Shown: positions 55,028 to 64,000 of the stretch, piece by piece | Numbering within the stretch: the first letter of the stretch is position 1 | Layout of the letters: each line of letters opens with the position of its first letter | Source: Eledone cirrhosa | Taxonomy: Eukaryota | Assembly (NCBI GenBank): GCA_964016885.1 | Contig: OZ024744.1 | Coordinates: 50,778,001 to 50,842,000, forward strand | Reading direction: 5' to 3' | Length of the DNA: 64,000 bases | Made by a program: the position numbers and the translations under genes | The notes under the pieces: generated by a model | Told to the model about the DNA's origin: nothing | Databases searched by the model: none | The model's input: only the letters and a program-made list of their open reading frames with translations

Positions 55028-55165
55028 ATTAAAATAACAGATTAAAGTTTAAGCAAAGAATCGCCGCGGCTTCCACCCTTAACAGGATCTTCTGAGTTTC
55101 AGAAGATCCTGTTAAGGGTGAAAGCAGCGATTCTTTACTTTAACTTTAATCTGTTATTTTAATAA
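55028..55165. repeat. Palindromic foldback element (short form)
   Basis: TATTAAAATAACAGATTAAAGTTTAAGCAAAGAATCGC...CACCCTTAACAGGATCTTCTGA is mirrored on the right arm. Confidence 0.87.
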
Positions 55166-55689
55166 ATATTTTATATATATTTATCCTTATCGAGCCCTCT
55201 TTGGATTTTAGTCTTCGCATTTATTATTATTACTAATATATATATCTGAGGATTGTTCTTTCGAGAGATGCTGCATTAGCTGCAATTTCGATTTTACTCA
55301 CTATCATTATTATGAAATATATATATATATATATTGGAAAAAGTGTGAAATTCTTGGTACAGTTAAGTATATTTTTAAAAAGGAAAAGAATGACTTCACT
55401 TGTAGTTCTAAACAATTTCATTTAATTTGCATAATATGCATTTATTGGTGATGCAAATACTTAAGTAATAGGTATTAATGTACAATATACCATATATTAG
55501 AAAATCTACAATACATTTTATATAGACATAACTATCATTTATAAGCCTCACTGAATATTTTAAACAAATGTGAAAAACATTCTGTTGTTCTCACTTTACA
55601 CAGAATAATATCAGAGTTTGTCTTTACCTGGTTCACAGCTAATTGGCTGTTCATCAGTAGACAAGTGGTCTCTGTTCACCAAGGGAGAT

Positions 55690-56026
55690 CATCATTCATC
55701 ATTTCATTTTACGTCCGCTTTTTCCCTGCTTGCAAAGGTGGGACGGGAACTGATTCTGACTTGATTTCTATAACTGGATGCCCTTCCTAACACCAACCTC
55801 ATTTACAGTGAGTGCTGGGTGCTTTTTGACGTGGCACCTGCATGACCACTTTGCAGTGGAATGATATGGACCCCAGTCCCTATCATCTCCTTTCTACAGC
55901 TGAGTAAACTGGAGCAATGTGAAATAAAGTGTCTTGCTCAAGGAAACAACACATCACCCGGTCTGAGAATTGAACTCACAACCTTTCGATTGCAAGGCCA
56001 ATGCTCTAACCACTAAGCCATGTGCC
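55690..56026 (-). mobile_element. tRNA-derived SINE family A, full length
   Basis: Reverse complement of the 24159, 34903 and 61002 copies. Confidence 0.9.
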
Positions 56027-56859
56027 TGTCAGTGTTTATTATTGAATTAATTATGCTGCTACCAAGTAAACATTATGTAAATTAGGCAGGCCATTTCAGT
56101 TATGTCATAGTTTAATATTAATATCATTTGATGATAGCTCTCTTTGTGGACAGAAATATAAGGGTACTGGTCTACTGATGAGCAACCAATTAGCTGTGAA
56201 ACATGTAAAGCCAATAACTTACATTTATTTAAATATTTACAGTACATATATATACCCATGCTAGCATGAAAAATGGACGTTAAATGATGATGATGATATA
56301 TGTGCATATATATATATATATACACACACACACAGAGAAACATATATATAATATATATACACATATATATATATCCCATATTTTTACACTTGCTTGATGG
56401 TATCTATATTAGAAAATATGTTGGTATACATACATAATATACCCAGGAATATTTACATAGGCATATATTATACACAGCGTGTGTGTGTGTATATCTATGA
56501 GCATATGTGTACTTTGTAATGCGAACTGTGAACACTTATCAAACATCCATTTTCTTTGCCACGGCCATCTGTTTATCATCAGATGGATGTTAAAATATTA
56601 TTAAGGGTAATGCCGAAATATGTGACAGTCATTTTAGCTAACGACTATGGCTGAGATTTTAATCAACTTTTTCAAGGAAATTAGCAGACAGTATTTTATT
56701 TGTTTGGATTAACAAATATTCTCATTAATGTTTGTTGGCATTTGATAGTTTATTCACTTTGTTGCATATTGCTTTCACCCATTTCTCTCTTAAATATTTA
56801 CCATAGGACTAACATTGTGGTTGTTATTACTATTATTATTGTTGTTGTTGTTGTTTATA

Positions 56860-57256
56860 ATAATTGTTTCTACTTTTGGCACAAGGCCATCAATTACCCA
56901 GTACATTACTGGTACTTTATTTTATCGACCCCGTAAGGATGAAAGGCAAAGTTAACCTTGGCGGGATTTGAACTCAGATCGTAAAGGGACGTAATTATGC
57001 TGGAAAGCATGTCCAACCCTCTACCAATTCTGGCAATGATTGTTTCTACTTTTGGTACAAGACTAGTAATTTAAAGGGAAGGAGAAAGTCGATTAAACCA
57101 ACCTTAGCAGTGTTACTGCTACTTAATTTTATTGACCCCTGTAAGGTTGAAAGACAAAGTTAACCTCGGCGGGATTTTAACTCAGAACGCAAAGGACCGC
57201 AACTCTATGCTGCAAAACGTTGTCCGACCCTCTACCGATACCACCAATTCACCGTC
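56860..57256 (-). mobile_element. Two tandem SINE family B copies
   Basis: Two successive TTGTTTCTACTTTTGG.ACAAG...GTTAACCT.GGCGGGATTT.AACTCAGA units. Confidence 0.8.
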
Positions 57257-59577
57257 CTGTTATTATTTATGATAATAATAGTAACAATAGCAATAATATG
57301 TATGTACAGGCTCCACAACTTCTGATGGAGTTGTAGGGGCACTGTAATGGCATGGTGTTTGCTGGACATTTTAAAACTTAGTGAAGCTCACCCCCTTTCC
57401 AGGTCTGAACACAGTCAATTTCTCCCTGAGAAAGAGAGAGAGTAATACAGAGCGAGAATCTAGACTGGTACTTCTTTTTTTTTACCTCGAAAGTTTAAAA
57501 GGCTAAGTTCAAATCCTTGGCAGGATTTGAACTCAGAGTACAGAGAGCCAAAAAGAATCCTGCAAAAGATCCTATCTGACACACCAGTCAAGTACCAGAG
57601 TCAATTTAATCAAGTTACACCTCTCTCCAAATTGCTGGCCTTGTGCTTAAATTAAAACCCATTGTCATTGATGATGATGATGATGTATAGGATATATAGG
57701 ATCTTTGAGGAAATCATTGACCATATGATCACCAGCTGTCCAGTATTGATATGAGAAAACCATTGATCACATGATCTCCAGCTGTCCAATATTGATAAAA
57801 AACTGAATATATACACTGCTACAACACAACAACGTTTTACCTACATTGGAAAATCTACAGATATGTCATTGAAAAACAATATGTGATATGGCTACCCAAA
57901 CCATATCAGTAATGGATGAAAAATTCACCAGTAAACTCCCAGGAAACATCACCCTACAAGAATTCCAAATAACTAAAGTACCAGTCATTTATTGGTGTTG
58001 ATCTAATCTCATAATGGCTAAATTAGAAATAACAATTATCATTATCATTAAGGCAAAGGATTGGTGTCGTCATTCAGTGATGAGTGTTGTGAAGAAAAAT
58101 GGAATGAGATGGTTGGGTCACGTGTTGAGTAAAGATGCTGTGAAGAGAAATGGGATGAGATGGTTGGGTCATGTGTTGAATAAAGATGAAAGTGATATGG
58201 TGAGAGGAATATAACCAGTGATGAATGTTGTGAAGAGAAATGTGAAGGGTCATGTGTTGAGGAAGGATGAAAGTAACTGGATGAGAGAAGTGATAGAAAT
58301 GAATCTGTAGAAGGAAGTAGAGAAAGGGAAGACCAAGAAAGATATGGCTGAAGATGATGTAGGAGTAAATGAAAGCCATGAGGTTATTGAGGTAGAGTAC
58401 AGATGATGGAGCTAAATGAAGAAAGTTATCGTTGGGCCCTGACAAAGCTAAGGTAACCCCTACTCTAGCAGGGAAGATGACCTTAACATTGTTGTTACAG
58501 ATGTAATTCTATTTCCGTGACACTGGTTGTTGTTACACCACTACTAAGAACATTTTATTATGAATTAGAAAAAACATGTCCTAGTTCATTCATGGGCCAT
58601 GAAATCCTGATGTAATCAAAGGAGTGTCATTGGGCTACACAGCATGTCTTGGGCATTTTGAACTTGGTGAAGCCATATTTCCTAAGAAAGAGAAGAAAAA
58701 GAGACAGCGAAAGAAAGAGAGAAATTATCAATCCTAGTACTGGTATTATTTTTTTAAATGGAGTTGCAGGGGGGCTACAGTGACATACAGCATTTCTTGG
58801 ACATTTAAAACTTGGTGGAGTCCATCGTTCTCCAGGTTCAATACAGCAGATTTCTTCCAGAGAAGGATCAAGAGAGTGAAATAATAGAAGTGAACAAGAG
58901 ATATAGAGGAAGGATCGACTCCAGTACTAGAGTGGTACTTTATTTATCAACTTTGAAAAGATGAAAGGCAAAGTTGACTTCGGCGAGATTTGAACTCAGA
59001 GAGCAGAGAGCCAGAACAAATAACCAGAAAGCATTCTATCTACCAATTTGCTGTCAATGTTTTAATACAAGCAGGTATATTTTTCTCATAACATTGACAC
59101 TAACTTCATAATTAGTATAGTGATTGTTAATTAGTAACATTGATTATTTTTATTATTATAAACAAAGCTTCTAAATTCAATAACAGTTGAGCACTATGAT
59201 GATTAAATCTTAGTCTTATCATCATCATCATCATCATCATCATCACAATTGTTGTTATTGCTGGACATTGGTAGTGTGTCACACAAAATCATGTGTTGTT
59301 TAGTTACATTCTGAGTACAAATCATGCTGAGGTTTCTTTTTCATCCTTTCAGACTCGCTAAATAAAATACCAGTCAAATATTGGGTGTCTTTATAATCTA
59401 TTAAATTTGAAACCATTTAGCAGAATCAGTAGAGTGTCAGGCAAAATGTTTTGCAGGATTTTGTTCCAGTTCTTTACATTCTGAGTTCATATCCTGCCAA
59501 AGTCAAGTTTGCTTTTCATCTTTCAGAGAGAGAGGCGGGACGAAGTAAAGTAGCAGTTATTATTATTATTATTAATA

Positions 59578-59764
59578 AGGGTGGTGGATTGGCAGTATCG
59601 GTAGAGGGTCTGACGCCATGCTTTGCAGCAAAGAGTTATGGCTCTTTATGGTCTGAGTTCAAATCCCGCCGAGGTTAACTTTGCCTTTCATCCTTACGGG
59701 GTCGATAAAATAAAGTACCAGTAATACACTGGATTAATTGCTGGCCTTGTGCCAAAAGTAGAAA

Positions 59765-59800
<36 letters not shown>
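59578..59800 (+). mobile_element. tRNA-derived SINE family B copy with an (ATT)n tail
   Basis: Near-identical to 5629-5815. Confidence 0.85.
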
Positions 59801-60100
59801 CATCATCATCATCATCATCATCATCTAAACTTAAGTACCTTTATCTTAGATTATAGAATTTTTCTTTTCAGTCGCCCTCTTAAAAATAATTTATTAATTT
59901 CAAAATTTTATTTTTTCTTAAAGCTATAAAGTATAAATAATTGTAATATCGCTAACATTAGTACAGTGTGACTAATTCTGCAATTTAATAAAGTATTTTA
60001 ATGTCTGGTGAAGCAGTACAAGTGTTATTTTAGTCAAGCACTCAATTTCACTCATTTGGTTTAGTTTTAGGGTTTTTAATAATTAACAACTTGATATATA

Positions 60101-60145
<45 letters not shown>

Positions 60146-61001
60146 CACATACATATATATACTTAGATATATATATATAATAAAGTAAAAGTCGAACAGG
60201 TTATTCATTACATAATCACTGTTATACATATTTTGATGGAAACTGTTATGTAATAGTTATAACCTCATCAAACAGATCTCAAGTGAACAGAAAGTTACAT
60301 GAAGAAAAATAAACATAGAAATAATAATTACTCATGCTTCTTCCATTCATTGATATGCTGTGGGCTGAATGCTGATGTTGCTCTCTCAAAGCCCTGATAA
60401 TGCTTTTTATATAAGCCAATTGTGGTGTGTTTCATTGGAAGGTACAAATAATATTAAGCTCTCTTAGTGAATTATATATGCTATACAGACACACACATAC
60501 ATGCAGGCATGCCCATACGAACCAATTCATCCATGAGCACAGTTACACTCATGAACCACCGCATGCCTGTGTGCTGTGTGGTCATGTCTGAGGGGCATGT
60601 GTGCCCTCTGAGTATATTCATGTTTTTTCCAATGGGTGTTGTCATGTGGTTGGGGGTGTATGTATTTATATATATATATATACCATATATATTTTTTTCT
60701 TTCTTTTTTATATGCATATATGTATATACAAACATATATATATATGTGTGTGTGTGTATATATATATATATCATCATCATCATCATTTCCGTTTAGCATC
60801 CATTCTTCCGTGCTTGCATGGGTTTCCATTCCGGGAGGCAAGTCTGGTCATAGTTGGCCATGTTGCACCTAGCTCTGGTGAGGACTGTAAATTTGGTGGG
60901 ATATTTTACATCTGGATGCCCTTCCTAACACCAACCACATTTACAGTGTGTGTACGTATATGTATATATATATTTATGTACGTATATGAATATATATATA
61001 T

Positions 61002-61348
61002 GGAGGCACATGGCTTAGTGGTTAGAGCATTGGCCTTGCAATCGAAAGGTTGTGAGTTCAATTCTCAGACTGGGTGATGTGTTGTTTCCTTGAGCAAGAC
61101 ACTTTATTTCACATTGCTCCAGTTTACTCAGCTGTAGAAATGAGATGATAGGGACTGGGGTCTATATCATTCCACTGCAAAGTGATCGTGGAGGTGCCAC
61201 GGCAAAAAAGCACCCAGCACTCACTGTAAATGAGGTTGGTGTTAGGAAGGGCATCCAGCTGTAGAAATCGAGCCAGAATCAGTTCCCGTGCCACCCTTGC
61301 AAGCAGGGAAAAGCGGACGTAAAATGATGATGATGATGATGATGATGA
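61002..61348 (+). mobile_element. tRNA-derived SINE family A, full length
   Basis: A and B boxes, body and (GAT)n tail as in the other copies. Confidence 0.9.
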
Positions 61349-63087
61349 TATGTATATGTACGTATCTGAATATATGTATGTATGTACATATAAGTATATA
61401 GATATATATATCATCATCATCATCATCACCGTTTTACGTCCGTTCTTCCACGCTAGCATGGGTTAGACGGGTTGTCCTGTTGTGGGCAGTGTCCGGTCGG
61501 CTGACCTTGTCTTACTCATACGGGATATATATATATATATATATATATATCATCATCATCATCATCATCATTTTACGTCCGCTTTTCCCTGCTTGCAAGG
61601 GTGGAACGGGGACTGATTCTGACTTGATTTCTACAGCTGGATGCCCTAAGATATATATATGTATGTATGTATGTATGCATATATATGTATACATATATAT
61701 ATATGTATATATATGTATGCATATATATATATGTATGTATGTATATAAATATATATATATATATATGTGTACAAAGCGAAACCTACAGTTAGTAGGCACC
61801 TCTAAATCAAAGATACACTCCCCTCCCAATACCCCAACTCCACCACCCCCATCAACACCACCCCTTTGTCTGTAAAGTTATGTTGGTACCACATCCAGTC
61901 CTAAATAAATGAGGTTGTGTAGGTGTCACGACAAAAAAACCAGACAGTACACGCTGTAATAACGGCATTCCTGTCTTAACGACATCACAACTTTCTCCGC
62001 TTGGCCTGTTCCCCCCCTTTTGGAACTTTCCCCCGTTGATGGGCGTGAGCCCGAAATATTAGGATTAAATCTCCACTACGGTAACCCTTCTACCTTTGTT
62101 TTGTTTTCATCTTTGTCTCTCTCAATTTTCACTTTCACCTGTTTCTCCTATCTATCATTCACTTCCTACCTCGAGATTTCCCTCTGCATTGTTGTGGCTT
62201 TCTTAACTACGTATTTTATAAATATATATATATGTATGTATATATATATATGTATGTATATAAATATATATATATGTATGTATATATATATATATATATA
62301 AATATATATATATGTATGTATATATATATATATATGTATATAAATATATATATATGTATGTATGTATATAAATATACATATATGTATGTATATATATATG
62401 TGTGTATATAAATATATATATATATGTATGTATATATATATATGTGTATGTATGTATATAAATATATGTATATATGTGTGTATGTATATGTATACGTTAA
62501 ACGGTGATGATGATATATATATATATATCAGTCCAGAATTAGCTGTCAAAACGGCTTGAGCTCAGCCGTCGGGGTCCTACTCATTCCTATTACCCACTCT
62601 ACTACCCTAAGTATTGAGTACTTTGGTGCGATATGGTCCACCTGGTTCCTTACCACATTTCCTTCGTTATATATATATATATATATATAGGTATATAAGT
62701 ATATATGCATATAGATATATATATGCATATATATGTATGTGTATATTTATATATGTAGTTATGTGTATATGTATATTTGTATATATATATATATGTGTGT
62801 GTGTATATATATGTGTATATGTATATGTGTGTGAATACGTATATATATGTGTGTATATGTATATTTGTTGTGTGTATATATATTTATGTGTGTGTGTGTA
62901 TATATGTATATTGGTATGTATATATATGTGTGTATATAATAAAATGAAAATATTGTGTACAGTGCTCAGGTGCACTACAACTCATCAAAAGTGTATGTAT
63001 AGTACATAGGGTAATGTACAAACATCAGGAAAATGAACAGTGCATGAGTCATGATATACACGTGTGCATGTGTATGGAAGGGGGACA

Positions 63088-64000
63088 TCAGGTGTAGTTT
63101 GGGCGAATTTCGGGAAGCATGAGGGTTTTAAAGGAAGCTGTGTCTCGGCAGCTAACAACTGACGCAGGCAGTTTGTTCCATGCTTCAGCAACTCTAAGCA
63201 TGAAAAAATGTTTCCGAAAGTCATGGGAGCTGTGCTGTTTTCTGACTTTGTAGGCAAGTCTACGTGTGTTAGACACATGGAGATCAAAAAGGTGCTCAGG
63301 GTTGTTTTTGGCGAGATGGTTAATAACTTTGTGGGTGTTTACCAAGTCCATTGCCAGACGTCGGAGCTTCAATGAATGCATGCCCAGGGAAGCAAGGCGT
63401 TCAGAGTATGGTAGGTGTTTGATGGAGGGTATGCACCAGGAGGTCAATGTTCTGAACAAGATAGGGGTTCCAGACTGATGATGCGAATTCCAAGTGTGGT
63501 CGTACCATAGCTGTATACAGCTTTAAATAGATGGCTGGAGAGCGGCTAACAAAGGTCTTGTTGAGTGATGTCAAGATACCCTCGGCGTTCTTGACAATCT
63601 TAGAGACATGCTTTGTCCAACGCAAATCGCTGCTGACAGTAATGCCCAGGTCACGTTCACAAGAGGACTTCTTGATATCAGTGTTGTAGAGGGAGTATGT
63701 GGACGCTGGATTTTTTCCTCCCAAAATGCATGGTGCTACACTTGTCCACAGCCAGTCTGTGATCTATTGTTGCATTGTGTCCAGGTCTGATTGTAGGAAA
63801 GAGTTATAGATTTCAGGATCTGTCCTTTTGATTTCAAGGTACAGCTTGATGTCATCTGCATATTTCAGTACCGTGGCATTCTTTAAGTTGGCATCTATGT
63901 CATTATTGTATGCAATAAACAAAAGGGACCAAGAACAGATCCCTGTGGTACACCAGATGACATCTCATATGGTGAAGAATGCTGTCCTAGAACCGTGACT
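63088..64000 (-). mobile_element. CR1-group LINE reverse transcriptase 3' part, frameshifted, running off the window end
   Basis: Minus strand gives SGVPQGSVLGP, KYADDIKLY, ERDLGI, VRPHLEFASSVWNPY, YSERLASLG..SLKLRR and FFMLRVAEAWNKLP. Confidence 0.92.

Noticed and set aside
60481-60660. GC-richer island with open frames on both strands
   Set aside because: No recognisable protein similarity and no convincing splice-site pair; left unassigned.

Overview
AT-rich eukaryotic DNA dense in (TA)n and (CAT)n tracts. The repeat landscape suggests an octopod cephalopod; that is inference, not shown. The only host gene I can support is a + strand neurobeachin/LRBA-family gene. Four GT-AG, phase-compatible exons (2857-3009, 6463-6535, 24841-24935, 26833-26922) splice into the C-terminal half of a BEACH domain, and there is one candidate 42-nt cassette exon (43716-43757). 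The rest is intronic or flanking repeat DNA: RTE and CR1-type LINE fragments, three Penelope-like GIY-YIG fragments, a decayed CRE-like endonuclease remnant, two tRNA-derived SINE families, piggyBac-type and hAT MITEs, foldback palindromes and hammerhead-ribozyme motifs. The most striking structure is a ~14.8-kb satellite of 46-48-bp monomers with higher-order repeats (8554-23355). Its monomer matches a module of the local RTE 3'UTR and SINE body. It ends in a retroposon tail and splits a TTAA-flanked MITE, and it places several hundred sense-strand AATAAA motifs inside a neurobeachin intron. No prokaryotic system or CRISPR array is present.
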